The translations under genes were made by a program, and so were the position numbers. A DNA stretch of 64,000 nucleotides from an uncultured Nitrospiraceae bacterium (lineage in GTDB: Bacteria > Nitrospirota > Nitrospiria > Nitrospirales > Nitrospiraceae): positions 736,001 through 800,000 of the forward strand of contig CAWJWJ010000001.1 of assembly GCA_963846575.1 (NCBI GenBank). The letters run 5' to 3'. A model generated the notes under the pieces. It searched no databases. It was not told the origin of the DNA and was given only the letters and a program-made list of their open reading frames with translations. Of this stretch, positions 50,801 through 60,765 are shown one piece after another. Position 1 is the first letter of the stretch. Each line of letters begins with the position of its first letter.

Positions 50801-52360
50801 TTACTTCGGCGGCATGTAGATGACGTGATTGACGGACGCCAGTTTTGCGCGATCCAGCCGATCGACAAGAGCTTGAATAGACCCGTTCATCATCCGCAGG
50901 AAGGGAGACGGATAGAGTCCGATCCACAAAATCATGACCGACAGCGACAAGGCAATGGTGATTTCCCGCATGTGCAAATCTTTGATGGCGGCTGAGACGT
51001 TCTTGGTCAATGGGCCGAGCATCGCCCGCTCGTAATACCAGAGGAAATAAGCTGCTCCAAAGATGACGCCTAGGACGGCGACCGCGCCATACCACCATTT
51101 GGCTTTAAAAGCACCTAACAAGATGAGGAATTCTCCCACGAACCCGTTCGTGCCAGGCAGCCCGATGGACGCCATCCCGATCAGAAGGAGGAAGGTGGCC
51201 AGGAGCGGGACTTGTTTTGCAAATCCTCCGAACGAGGACAGGTCAGAACTTTGCTGTCTGGTCGATAAAAATCCCGCCATGAAGAACAAACCGGCTGTGC
51301 TGAATCCCAGGTTGATCATGGTCAGGAGGCTACCCTGCAGGCCTTGAAAATTCAGCGCAAAGAGGCCGACCACGACGAAACCGAGGTGGCTGATGCTGCT
51401 GAATGCGAGGAGACGTTTGAAGTTCGATTGCACTAAAGCGACGACCGCGCCATAAAGAATCGCGGTGAGCGCCAATATCATGACGATGGAGACTACGCCC
51501 TCGCTTTTTGAAGCATCCGGCAGCAATGGAAAGGTAAAGCGAAGGAATCCATAGGTGCCCAATTTCATGCCCGCCAGCATGACGGCCATGCCGATAGGTC
51601 CTTCCACCAGGGCGTCCGGAAGCCAGGTATGGAATGGAAACACCGGCGCCTTAAAGGCAAATCCCATGAACATCAGCCAGAAAATCAGAATTTGCTGAGA
51701 GAGGGGAATCGGGACTGATAACAATTGCAGCAAGTCGAAGGAGTACACCTCATCGAGGTGATGGGTCACGGCCCATTGATGGTAGTTGATATCGAGCAGC
51801 GCGATGCCCACCAGCATAAACACGCTGCCGAGTAGGGTATAGAGCACATACTTGAGTGCCGCGTAATGGCGTTCTGGTCCCCCACCCCACAACTTAATCA
51901 AGAAGTAACTGGGGATGAGCATCAGTTCCCAGAAGACGAAGAATAAAATGAGGTCAATGGAGACAAAAATCCCGATGGTGGTGGTCTCAAGGGCGAGGAG
52001 CGCCATGAAATACAGCCGGATCTGGTTTCGGACGGTATCCCATGAATAGATCACGACCAGTACGGTCAGGAATGCTGTGAGGCCGACAAAGAGGACACTG
52101 ATACCATCGACCGCCAGGTGATAGCTGATGCCGAGTGCGGGCATCCAGCGGGCATGTTCGGCGAATTGCATCGCTGCGGAATCCGGCACGAAACGCAGCA
52201 ACACCAGGCTCGCGAGTGCGAGTTCTATGAGCGTGATGCCCAGAGCAGTCGTTTTGACGAGGTCATCGTCTTCGATCAACCAGAGGAGTGCCGCCCCAGC
52301 CAAGGGAAGAAAGATCAGATACGAGAGTATGGGAAAACCAAAACTGAACTCTTCAAGCAT
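50801..52360 (-). CDS. nuoM: NADH-quinone oxidoreductase subunit M
   Basis: FWELMLIP, FKAPVFPFHTWLPDA, GLPGTNGFVGEF. Confidence 0.94.
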   Translation of the reverse strand: MLEEFSFGFPILSYLIFLPLAGAALLWLIEDDDLVKTTALGITLIELALASLVLLRFVPDSAAMQFAEHARWMPALGISYHLAVDGISVLFVGLTAFLTVLVVIYSWDTVRNQIRLYFMALLALETTTIGIFVSIDLILFFVFWELMLIPSYFLIKLWGGGPERHYAALKYVLYTLLGSVFMLVGIALLDINYHQWAVTHHLDEVYSFDLLQLLSVPIPLSQQILIFWLMFMGFAFKAPVFPFHTWLPDALVEGPIGMAVMLAGMKLGTYGFLRFTFPLLPDASKSEGVVSIVMILALTAILYGAVVALVQSNFKRLLAFSSISHLGFVVVGLFALNFQGLQGSLLTMINLGFSTAGLFFMAGFLSTRQQSSDLSSFGGFAKQVPLLATFLLLIGMASIGLPGTNGFVGEFLILLGAFKAKWWYGAVAVLGVIFGAAYFLWYYERAMLGPLTKNVSAAIKDLHMREITIALSLSVMILWIGLYPSPFLRMMNGSIQALVDRLDRAKLASVNHVIYMPPK

Positions 52361-52384
52361 TGTGTGTCCAACAACTCCGCTGCG

Positions 52385-54388
52385 TCAGCGTGACGAATAG
52401 CCGGTGGAACCGGATCCCGTCCATATTAAGAGAATCACGTGCACGAGTATAAAGAGTCCGGCCACGATGATGGCCGCATATTGATGCACCATGCCGGTTT
52501 GGAGACGCCGCCATGAGCGTGCCAACAGGTGATTGGCATACCCAATAATATTCAAGAATGCGTAGACGACGTGTTTCTCCGTCCAGGTAATGAAGGCAGA
52601 GCTGGCGTCGGTGCCTCGGTCGACTGATCGGATCAGGCCGTCGATGACGGTGCGGTCGAACCAATCGCAGAATTGTCCCAAACGCTTCGTGGGTTCTACG
52701 AACAAGGTGTCGTAAAGCTCGTCGACATAGTACTTGTGGAGCAGCGTCCTGTAGACGCCGGGCACGCGGTTGGCCAGTGCGTCGGCGGTAGTGGAGTGCC
52801 CGCTGTAGAAATAATGTGCGAGGCCCCAGCCAAGCAGGGCTATGACGGTGGCGGTGCCCATCAAACTCAACATGAGTGCAGGGGCCGTGACATGTTCCTC
52901 CCCGCCCACCGCTGCGACCGAATGAAGGAAATGGTGAAACCAGCCGTTCTCCGGTGGCACACCGGGGAACCCACCGATGACCGACAGCGTCGCCAGGACC
53001 ACCAAGGGCCCGATCATAACCATGGGGGACTCATGGACATGTTCGGCGGTGTGATGGTCCATCCGGGAGGTTCCGTAGAATGTCAGGTACGTCAGGCGAA
53101 ACATATAGAACGATGTCAGAAAGGCACCGAACGCGGCCATCCCGTAGAGAAGATAGTGCTGATGGACGAAGGCATGGCCCATGATCTCGTCCTTACTCCA
53201 AAACCCTGCCAAGGGTGGAATCCCGGCTATTGCGATGGTGCCGATCAAGAAGAGCATGTGAGTCCATGGAATCTTGGACTTCAAGCCGCCCATTTTGCGG
53301 ATATCCTGTTCACCGGAGAGTGCGTGGATGACCGATCCGGCGGACAGAAAGAGGAGCGCTTTGAAAAAGGCGTGCGTCATGAGATGAAAGACTGCGGCGG
53401 TATAGGCGCCCAGGCCGCACCCCAGGAACATGTAGCCAAGTTGGCTCACTGTGGAGTAGGCAAGGACGCGCTTGATGTCGGTTTGGACCAGTCCGATCGT
53501 CGCGGCAAAGAGTGCCGTGAGTCCTCCGATCCAGGCGACGGTCGTCATGGCGACAGGTGACAGATCGAAGATTGCGTGGTTGCGAACAATCATATACACG
53601 CCGGCCGTGACCATGGTGGCGGCATGAATCAGGGCGCTGACCGGGGTAGGGCCTTCCATGGCATCGGGTAGCCAGGTGTAGAGCGGGAGTTGCGCCGATT
53701 TTCCAACCGCGCCGATCAGCAGGCAAAGCGCAATGGCCGTGGCCATCTCAGGCGACAGCTGAGCGGCATTTTGCATGACCTGGGTGTAGTCGAGCGTTCG
53801 AAAGTTGACGAACACGAGGAAGATCGCCAGGAGAAATCCGGCATCCCCGATCCGATTGACCACGAAGGCTTTCGTGGCGGCCTTGGCGGCGGAGACTTTA
53901 TCGTAGTAATAGCCGATGAGCAGATAGGAACAAAGTCCGACACCTTCCCAGCCGATGAACAGGACGACGTAGTTGTTGCCCATGACGAGCAACAGCATGG
54001 AGACCATAAATAGGTTCATGTACACAAAGAATCGGGTAAACCCAGATTCTCCGTGCATGTACCCTACCGAATACACATGGATGAGGAACCCCACGCCGGT
54101 GATGACCAGCAGCATGATGCAGGTCAGCGGATCGATCAAAAAGGCCAGATTGATGGTGAGATCGCCACCGAAGATCCATTTGTAGGCAACGACTTCTCGA
54201 GCCGCCCCCGTTCTCAAGATCTCAGTGAAGACCGCGAGCGAACAGAGGAAGGAAAGCAGGACGGAGCCCCATGCAAAGCGGTGCGCCAAATCGTGGGAAT
54301 AGCGGTGTCCGAGGAGGCCGTTCATCAGAACGGCCAGCAATGGAAACAGCGGAATCAGCTTAACGATTAGATCGATCGAGTCGGACAC
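52385..54388 (-). CDS. nuoL: NADH-quinone oxidoreductase subunit L with extended lateral helix
   Basis: GKSAQLPLYTWLPDAMEGPTPVSALIHAATMV; THAFFKALLF. Confidence 0.96.
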   Translation of the reverse strand: MSDSIDLIVKLIPLFPLLAVLMNGLLGHRYSHDLAHRFAWGSVLLSFLCSLAVFTEILRTGAAREVVAYKWIFGGDLTINLAFLIDPLTCIMLLVITGVGFLIHVYSVGYMHGESGFTRFFVYMNLFMVSMLLLVMGNNYVVLFIGWEGVGLCSYLLIGYYYDKVSAAKAATKAFVVNRIGDAGFLLAIFLVFVNFRTLDYTQVMQNAAQLSPEMATAIALCLLIGAVGKSAQLPLYTWLPDAMEGPTPVSALIHAATMVTAGVYMIVRNHAIFDLSPVAMTTVAWIGGLTALFAATIGLVQTDIKRVLAYSTVSQLGYMFLGCGLGAYTAAVFHLMTHAFFKALLFLSAGSVIHALSGEQDIRKMGGLKSKIPWTHMLFLIGTIAIAGIPPLAGFWSKDEIMGHAFVHQHYLLYGMAAFGAFLTSFYMFRLTYLTFYGTSRMDHHTAEHVHESPMVMIGPLVVLATLSVIGGFPGVPPENGWFHHFLHSVAAVGGEEHVTAPALMLSLMGTATVIALLGWGLAHYFYSGHSTTADALANRVPGVYRTLLHKYYVDELYDTLFVEPTKRLGQFCDWFDRTVIDGLIRSVDRGTDASSAFITWTEKHVVYAFLNIIGYANHLLARSWRRLQTGMVHQYAAIIVAGLFILVHVILLIWTGSGSTGYSSR

Positions 54389-54389
54389 G

Positions 54390-54692
54390 TTACCACTTCA
54401 AAAGATTCATTTCATCGACGTTAGTGGATATCTTGCCGCGGAATACGACAATGATGATGGCCAGCCCAATGGCTGCTTCCCCCGCTGCAATGGCGATGAC
54501 GAAGAGCGCCACGATCTGGCCCTGCATGGAGTCGAGATAATGGGAAAAAGCGACCAGGTTGATGGTGGCCGCGTTCAGCATGATCTCGACCGACATCAGC
54601 ACGATAATGAAATTGCGACGGATCAGCACACCGAGGAGCCCGGTTACGAACAGAATCAGACTCACAGTGACATATGCAGAAAGAGGAATCAT
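54390..54692 (-). CDS. nuoK: NADH-quinone oxidoreductase subunit K
   Basis: RRN.I..LMS.EIMLNA; AAGEAAIGLA. Confidence 0.95.
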   Translation of the reverse strand: MIPLSAYVTVSLILFVTGLLGVLIRRNFIIVLMSVEIMLNAATINLVAFSHYLDSMQGQIVALFVIAIAAGEAAIGLAIIIVVFRGKISTNVDEMNLLKW

Positions 54693-54700
54693 AGGTACCG

Positions 54701-55018
54701 TTATGAACTCGAAAGCTTGAGGGACACGATTCCCGTTATGATCAGCATGATGCTGAGAATTCGCCATCCGTCCCGTGATTCCCCGAAGAGGACCATACCG
54801 AGAACCGCCGTACCAGTGGCACCGATTCCAGTCCAGATAGCATAGCCGGTCCCCACGGGAATGGTTTTCAGTGCCATGGCAAGTAACCACACGCTTAACA
54901 GCATCGAGAGACTGAATAGGGTTGTCGGCCAGAGCCGTGAGAACCCTTCCGTATACTTCAAAGCAATGGCCCATCCGATTTCAAATATTCCTGCCATTAC
55001 CAAATACGTCCATGCCAT
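54701..55018 (-). CDS. sugE: SMR transporter, Gdx/SugE subtype
   Basis: MAW..L..AG.FE..WA..LKY.EGF; P.GT.YA.WTGIG. Confidence 0.9.
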   Translation of the reverse strand: MAWTYLVMAGIFEIGWAIALKYTEGFSRLWPTTLFSLSMLLSVWLLAMALKTIPVGTGYAIWTGIGATGTAVLGMVLFGESRDGWRILSIMLIITGIVSLKLSSS

Positions 55019-55030
55019 GGTTGCTTCGCT

Positions 55031-55555
55031 CTAACGATCTGCATTCCGTTTGGCTGCGGCTGGGGTTTTGGCCAAGACAATCGCGCCGACGATCGCCGCT
55101 GTCAGAAACATTCCGATAATCTCGAATTGAAGCAAGTATTCGCTGAACATCTTGATGCCGACGGCATGGGCATCTCCGTTTTGTAGGATGGCCGTCGCGG
55201 TGGCATCGCCCTTTACGCCACTGAACGGAGATTGCACCAGGAGGAATAAAAGGTACAGCAATCCAATGGCGGCAGGCGCCAACAGATACGGTGTCTTGGT
55301 ATGGAAGTACCGATCCTCGGTCTTGAGATTCAGTAACATGAGCACGAAGAGATAGAGGACTAAAATGGCTCCCGCATAGACGATCACTTGGACCGCCCAC
55401 AGAAATTCCGCATTCAGCATGATGAAGAGGCCGGACACGTGCAGCAATAGCGCCAGCAGTGCCAGGCCGCATTGGACCGGATGTTTCAGCGACACCGTCA
55501 GAATGCCGGCGACAATACTCACCACCGCAAAGTACGCGAAGAACACGAAGGCCAT
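55031..55555 (-). CDS. nuoJ: NADH-quinone oxidoreductase subunit J
   Basis: LNAEFL..VQVIVYAGAI.VL.LFV.ML; YLL.FE. Confidence 0.95.
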   Translation of the reverse strand: MAFVFFAYFAVVSIVAGILTVSLKHPVQCGLALLALLLHVSGLFIMLNAEFLWAVQVIVYAGAILVLYLFVLMLLNLKTEDRYFHTKTPYLLAPAAIGLLYLLFLLVQSPFSGVKGDATATAILQNGDAHAVGIKMFSEYLLQFEIIGMFLTAAIVGAIVLAKTPAAAKRNADR

Positions 55556-55566
55556 AACGGTATGAT

Positions 55567-56154
55567 TCAACTCAAGTGTTTGGGTTGCGACTGTGTGGGC
55601 TTGAGAACCGATTGCGGGAAATAATAGCGATACTCCCGGCTCTCCTCTGAATTCTTTTCCTGGTTATGGGCGTACAGATATTTCTTTGCGTCCTCAAGAT
55701 GGCGTTCGCCGATCTCATAGAGCCGCTTTTTGTCGAATAGGAGAGTGCGCTTGTCGTGAGTGGAGTATTCATACATTTTGGTCATTGCCAGCGCATTGAC
55801 GGGACAGGCTTCCACGCAGTAGCCACAAAACACGCACTTGGTAATGTCGATATAAAACTCGGTGGCATAACGCTGCAAGGGACGGCTAGGGTCTTCCTGG
55901 CTGATCACCTTGATGCAACGCGAAGGACACGCTGCCTCACAGAGGTCACAGCCCACGCAACGTTCCACGCCATCGTCGTAGCGTAGCAGTCCTAAGGCGC
56001 CGCGGTGACCGTCTGGAATAGTCCGCTGTTCGCGTGGGTATTGAAACGTGATCGGCCGATGGAACATGTGCTTGAAGGTGACCTTCATGGCGTCCCAAAT
56101 TTCATAGAACAACGCAGCCTGCAATACTTTTTTGGTCCACGCCCCGACACTCAT
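55567..56154 (-). CDS. nuoI: NADH-quinone oxidoreductase subunit I
   Basis: T.QYP.E; CVGCDLCEAACP; CVFCGYCVEACP. Confidence 0.95.
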   Translation of the reverse strand: MSVGAWTKKVLQAALFYEIWDAMKVTFKHMFHRPITFQYPREQRTIPDGHRGALGLLRYDDGVERCVGCDLCEAACPSRCIKVISQEDPSRPLQRYATEFYIDITKCVFCGYCVEACPVNALAMTKMYEYSTHDKRTLLFDKKRLYEIGERHLEDAKKYLYAHNQEKNSEESREYRYYFPQSVLKPTQSQPKHLS

Positions 56155-56199
56155 GCACATCACCCTCTGCCGACATTAGAAAGACGGACGAGCTTACTC

Positions 56200-58899
56200 T
56201 TACGTTCCGACCTTTTCAATCTGTACTCGTGTTGATTTGAAGTACGGGACTCCCGTCGCTGGGTCAGCCTCCACGGCCATCAAATCTTTGACCGGGGGCT
56301 CATTGAAATGTTCCGGATAGAAGCAGGATCCAGGGAGGACGTCCTGGTCCGCGCGCACGCCGACCTGCACGGCGCCCTGCTGCGAAGTCAACCGCACAAT
56401 GGATTGTTCGGTGAGCCCGAGTTGTTGCAAGTCAGAGGGATTCATCCTCACACGACCTGTGTTTGGCTCAATATTGATGAGCCCTGAGGCCCGCGTGGAC
56501 ATTTTCCCGGAGTGGTAGAGCAATTGGCCGGTCACCAGGGTAAATGGTCGTAGGCCATCCTGTACCTGGGGTTTGGTGCGATACCGAGCTCCGACTTCGG
56601 ACGCATAGCCGTTCGACAAATACGCGTCGGCTGAAGGTGTGACACGACGAGGTTGCCCGAGGTTATAGTAGCCAGGAAGCAGCTTCATGATTTCATTCTG
56701 TACGTCTTGTGCAGACTCATACGGCCATTCGTAGCCTAGTCCATTGGCCAATGAGGTCATGATATGCCAGTCCGGCAAACTTTCTCCGACCTGGTCGAGT
56801 GCCTGGCGCACGCGAAGGACTTTCCCTTCTAGATTGGTGAAGGTGCCATCCTTTTCGGCGTACGTTGCAGCAGGAAGGACGATGTGCGCCATTTGGGCCG
56901 TCTCAGTGAGAAAGGGATCTTGGACAATCAAAAGCTGCAACGTTTCGAGTGTCCCCTTCACATCTAGGGAAACCGGCAAGGTCGCCAAAGGATTTTCGCC
57001 GATGACATAAAGGGCCTTGATCTGCCCGTTTCGTATACGTGCCAGAATTTCTAAGAGATTCGCCCCACTGTCGCCAGCGGGAAGGGTCACATCCCAGGCT
57101 CTGCCGAATCGTTCGCGGGCACTAGGATCGTCAAAGCGTGCTTGTCCCGGCAGGAACTCCGGTGCCACCCCCATGTCCACGGCCCCTTGTTCATTGATTT
57201 CCTCGGTGACCGTCGTCACGCCACATCCTGGTTGACCCAGTTTGCCGGTCACCCAGGCGAGGTCTACGAGTTTCAGCACGTTCTGATAGCCGTTTGTCCG
57301 ACGGACGATGCCTTCCGCGCACAATGCGATGGCGCGCGGGGCTTCCGCGAAGATGGCCGCTACTTCTCGAATCTGTTCGACGGAAATTCCGGTTTGTGCC
57401 GACACCTGCTCCAATGAGACCTGCTCCATGGCCTGCTTTAATGCCGCCAAGGCTTGGGGGTGCCGCGTGGTACTCGGCTCATCAATGAGATCCTGCTCGA
57501 TGACGGACTTGACCAATCCATCGATGAGCAATCCTTCGGTGCCCGGCGTCACCAAGAGCGGATGTGAGGCGAGTTGAGCAATATTGGTGTTGGCCGAATC
57601 CACGACGATGACTTGTGCATGGTAGACGCGGATCGCTTCCTTGATGCGGACCGAGGTCAATGGATTGGTTTCCGTGATGTTGGATCCGATCACCAGCACG
57701 GCCTTGGCTTTGGTCAAGTCCTCCCAATCATTGAGAGGCCGGCCGATGCCCACAGCATGGCGCACGGCATGTACATAATTGAGGTGGCCGTAGCGGGCGC
57801 TGCTATCGAGTTGATTCGACCGGAAGCCGGCGCGCATGAGCTTCTGGAAAAGATACAGCTCCTCATTCGTGCACCGAGCAGTGATGAGCCCGGCAATTGA
57901 TTCCGGTCCGTGCTTGCGATGGATTTCTGACAGCCTGTCGATGACCGCCTGCATGGTTTCGAGCCACGGCGTTTCGGTCAGGGCATCTCCGCGGCGAACG
58001 AGAGGTTGCCGCAAGCGTTGTTCACTGTCGATGTATTGAAAACCAAATCGTCCGCGGACACAGATTCCACCATGGCCCTTGCTCGTCTCTGCGCGGTCGC
58101 CCCATTTATTCTTCCAGGACAGTGGTGAAGTAACTCGAACGACTTCCGTGTCCTTGGTCTCGAGGTGCATCTGGCAACCATCGCCGCAATAGTTGCAGGT
58201 GGTGGTGGTTTTCTTCATCTGCCAGGGTTTGTAAAGATATTTGGAGTACTTGTTCGTGATGGCGCCGACCGGACACACCGCCAGACAATCGCCGCAAAAT
58301 TCGCAAGCCAGCGGTTGATCGCCCTTTGGTACGACTTGATTAAAGCCACCCTTCTTCATGAACTGCAGAGCATCAATCATCAAGACGTCTTTGCAGACAT
58401 TTATGCACTCGGCGCAGGCTATGCAACGGTTCATATTGAAGTCGAGCACCAAGCTGCGTGTGTCTTCCGGGATGAATTTTTGTTTGGCATTGGCGAGGTT
58501 GGTTACGCCATGCTGAAAGGCCATGTCCTGTAGCTCGCAATGGCCGTCGGCATCGCAGACAGGGCAGTCGAGCGGATGAACAGAAAGATGCTTTTCAACT
58601 GCTTTCTTTCTAGCAGCGAAGAGGTCATCGCCTTCGGTGCGGACAACCATGCCGGCCGCGGCCTTGGCCGTACAGGAACGAACCGGCGCTTTCTTTCCTT
58701 CCTGCATGACGAGACACATGCCGCAGGATCCAAAGGGATCGAAGGTATAGTGATAGCACATGGCGGGAATGATCTTGCCCGTGCTGGCGATGACATCGTA
58801 GAGCGAGACACCGTCTTTTGCCGAGACCGTTCGTCCGTCTATGGACAGTTCGATCGTGGCGGCTTCGACGTCGGGATTGGTTGCTGGTTTCAAACCCAT
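56200..58899 (-). CDS. nuoG: NuoG/FdsA-like iron-sulfur subunit
   Basis: 2Fe-2S N-terminus; HPLDCPVC..C; two CxxCxxC motifs; CNYCGDGC; molybdopterin-oxidoreductase-like body. Confidence 0.85.
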   Translation of the reverse strand: MGLKPATNPDVEAATIELSIDGRTVSAKDGVSLYDVIASTGKIIPAMCYHYTFDPFGSCGMCLVMQEGKKAPVRSCTAKAAAGMVVRTEGDDLFAARKKAVEKHLSVHPLDCPVCDADGHCELQDMAFQHGVTNLANAKQKFIPEDTRSLVLDFNMNRCIACAECINVCKDVLMIDALQFMKKGGFNQVVPKGDQPLACEFCGDCLAVCPVGAITNKYSKYLYKPWQMKKTTTTCNYCGDGCQMHLETKDTEVVRVTSPLSWKNKWGDRAETSKGHGGICVRGRFGFQYIDSEQRLRQPLVRRGDALTETPWLETMQAVIDRLSEIHRKHGPESIAGLITARCTNEELYLFQKLMRAGFRSNQLDSSARYGHLNYVHAVRHAVGIGRPLNDWEDLTKAKAVLVIGSNITETNPLTSVRIKEAIRVYHAQVIVVDSANTNIAQLASHPLLVTPGTEGLLIDGLVKSVIEQDLIDEPSTTRHPQALAALKQAMEQVSLEQVSAQTGISVEQIREVAAIFAEAPRAIALCAEGIVRRTNGYQNVLKLVDLAWVTGKLGQPGCGVTTVTEEINEQGAVDMGVAPEFLPGQARFDDPSARERFGRAWDVTLPAGDSGANLLEILARIRNGQIKALYVIGENPLATLPVSLDVKGTLETLQLLIVQDPFLTETAQMAHIVLPAATYAEKDGTFTNLEGKVLRVRQALDQVGESLPDWHIMTSLANGLGYEWPYESAQDVQNEIMKLLPGYYNLGQPRRVTPSADAYLSNGYASEVGARYRTKPQVQDGLRPFTLVTGQLLYHSGKMSTRASGLINIEPNTGRVRMNPSDLQQLGLTEQSIVRLTSQQGAVQVGVRADQDVLPGSCFYPEHFNEPPVKDLMAVEADPATGVPYFKSTRVQIEKVGT

Positions 58900-58973
58900 C
58901 TAATTACCTCAAGTCAAAAGCAAACGGTGGCGGTGCACACCGCTCCGCGCTCTTTCCTTTGCTGTATCGGTCT

Positions 58974-60221
58974 TCATCGATCGCATTCCCCCATGACGAT
59001 ATCGTACGTTCCGAAGATCGTCACGGCATCGGCGATCATGTAGCCTTTCGACATATGATCGAACGCTCCCATGTGGATAAATGAGGGAGCGCGGATTTTC
59101 AGTCGGTACGGTTTGCCGCCGCCCGTGCTGACGATATAGAAACCTAACTCACCTTTGTGAGCCTCTGTCCCGCAATAGATTTCTCCCGGTGGAGCGTTGA
59201 ATCCTTGAGAGAACAATTTGAACTGCTGGATCATAGCTTCGAGGTTCGTGAACACCCGTTCTTTCGGAGGGAGCGTGACGCTGGGCACATCCGCCATAAT
59301 CGGCCCCTCCTGGATTTGCTCGAGACATTGGCGGATAATCTTGACGCTTTCATACAACTCTTGCACGCGAATCCAATACCGGTCATAGGTGTCACCGTTC
59401 TTGCCGACCGGGACGCTGAATTCACATTTTGGATAGGCCGAATAGGGTTCGTACTTGCGAAGATCGTAATCCACGCCCGATCCACGAAGAGTGGGTCCGC
59501 TTAACCCAAAACTCAACGCATCCTCCGCTGAAATCACCGCCACGCCCTTCGTTCGCGCGAGCCAAATGCGGTTCTTCTCTAGGAAGATCACGTACTCATC
59601 AATCTTCGGCGGAAAATAATCCAGAAATTGTTTCAGTTTGGCGAACAGGGACGGTGTGAAGTCCCGCTCTACGCCGCCGATCCGATACCAGCTGGTAGTC
59701 AGGCGGGCGCCACACAATTCATCAAACCAATCCAGAAGAATCTCACGATCTCGGAAGCAATAGAAAAACACGGTCATCGCTCCGATGTCGAGAGCTTGCG
59801 TGCCGAGCCAGAACTGGTGTCCGATAATGCGTTGGATTTCCGCAACGATCGTGCGCAGATATTCGGCGCGGTCAGGCACCGTGATGTTCATTAATTTTTC
59901 GACGGCACGACAGTAGGCGAAGTTGTTGTACATCGCGCAGACGTAATCAAGGCGGTCCGTGTGCGGGATGAACTGGTGATAGGTTCCTTCCTCCGCCAGC
60001 TTTTCCACGCCGCGATGGAGAAAGCCCATGACCGGCGTTGACTTGACAAGTCGCTCTCCCTCCAGTTCGAGAATCACCTTAAGCACTCCGTGCGTGCTGG
60101 GATGTTGCGGTCCCATGTTCAGCAGGAGTTCTTCGGTCCGGAGCGTCGGAAGCGTCTCGCTTTCAGGATGCTCGGGATCGACCCTATAGACTGTGGTTCT
60201 TTGATCTTCGAACTGTGCCAT
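58974..60221 (-). CDS. nuoD: NADH-quinone oxidoreductase subunit D
   Basis: LNMGPQHPSTHGVL, HRGVEK, DRLDY, GECDR. Confidence 0.97.
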   Translation of the reverse strand: MAQFEDQRTTVYRVDPEHPESETLPTLRTEELLLNMGPQHPSTHGVLKVILELEGERLVKSTPVMGFLHRGVEKLAEEGTYHQFIPHTDRLDYVCAMYNNFAYCRAVEKLMNITVPDRAEYLRTIVAEIQRIIGHQFWLGTQALDIGAMTVFFYCFRDREILLDWFDELCGARLTTSWYRIGGVERDFTPSLFAKLKQFLDYFPPKIDEYVIFLEKNRIWLARTKGVAVISAEDALSFGLSGPTLRGSGVDYDLRKYEPYSAYPKCEFSVPVGKNGDTYDRYWIRVQELYESVKIIRQCLEQIQEGPIMADVPSVTLPPKERVFTNLEAMIQQFKLFSQGFNAPPGEIYCGTEAHKGELGFYIVSTGGGKPYRLKIRAPSFIHMGAFDHMSKGYMIADAVTIFGTYDIVMGECDR

Positions 60222-60249
60222 GATTCTTCAATGCCTAAGGAAGTTCGCC

Positions 60250-60747
60250 CTAGCGCGTAGGCTCATCCAAGAACTCGAATGTATCCCGCCATCCTCTACC
60301 CCGGAGAGGAAAATCTTTGCGCAGAGGATAGCCTTCTTCATATTCGTCGGGCATCAAAATGCGGCGCAGGTCAGGGTGGTTGCGAAACCGGATCCCCATC
60401 ATGTCGTACACTTCGCGCTCCATGAAGTCGGCGCCTTTCCAAACATCAGTCAAGGAGTCCACGATGGCATCCGATTCTGGAACCCGAGTTTTGAGGCGGA
60501 TGCGCTGACGTGTCTGGATTGAATAGACCTCATAGACGACCTCGAATCGTTCCTCGTCATCAGGCCAATCCACCGAACTCACGTGGACAATATAATCAAA
60601 CCTCAACGACGGGTCGTCCCGGAGAAATCGGGCTACGTCGTGCAAGGATTCCCGCTTGACGATGACGGCCACATCTCCGCGCCACTCCGTTGTCTTGCTC
60701 ACCGCGCCGGGAAAAGTTTCCTGAACTCGTTTGACCAGCTCACTCAT
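60250..60747 (-). CDS. nuoC: NADH-quinone oxidoreductase subunit C
   Basis: EREVYDMMGI.F..HPDLRRIL; PLRKDFP. Confidence 0.96.
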   Translation of the reverse strand: MSELVKRVQETFPGAVSKTTEWRGDVAVIVKRESLHDVARFLRDDPSLRFDYIVHVSSVDWPDDEERFEVVYEVYSIQTRQRIRLKTRVPESDAIVDSLTDVWKGADFMEREVYDMMGIRFRNHPDLRRILMPDEYEEGYPLRKDFPLRGRGWRDTFEFLDEPTR

Positions 60748-60765
60748 CGACTCCGCTCCTACCGC

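Noticed and set aside
54693..54974. Extended nuoK ORF (194 aa) suggesting a fusion
   Set aside because: The extension is an alternative frame of the SMR gene; NuoK starts at 54692
55019..55030. Guanidine riboswitch upstream of the SMR gene
   Set aside because: Only 12 nt of intergenic space; no motif seen
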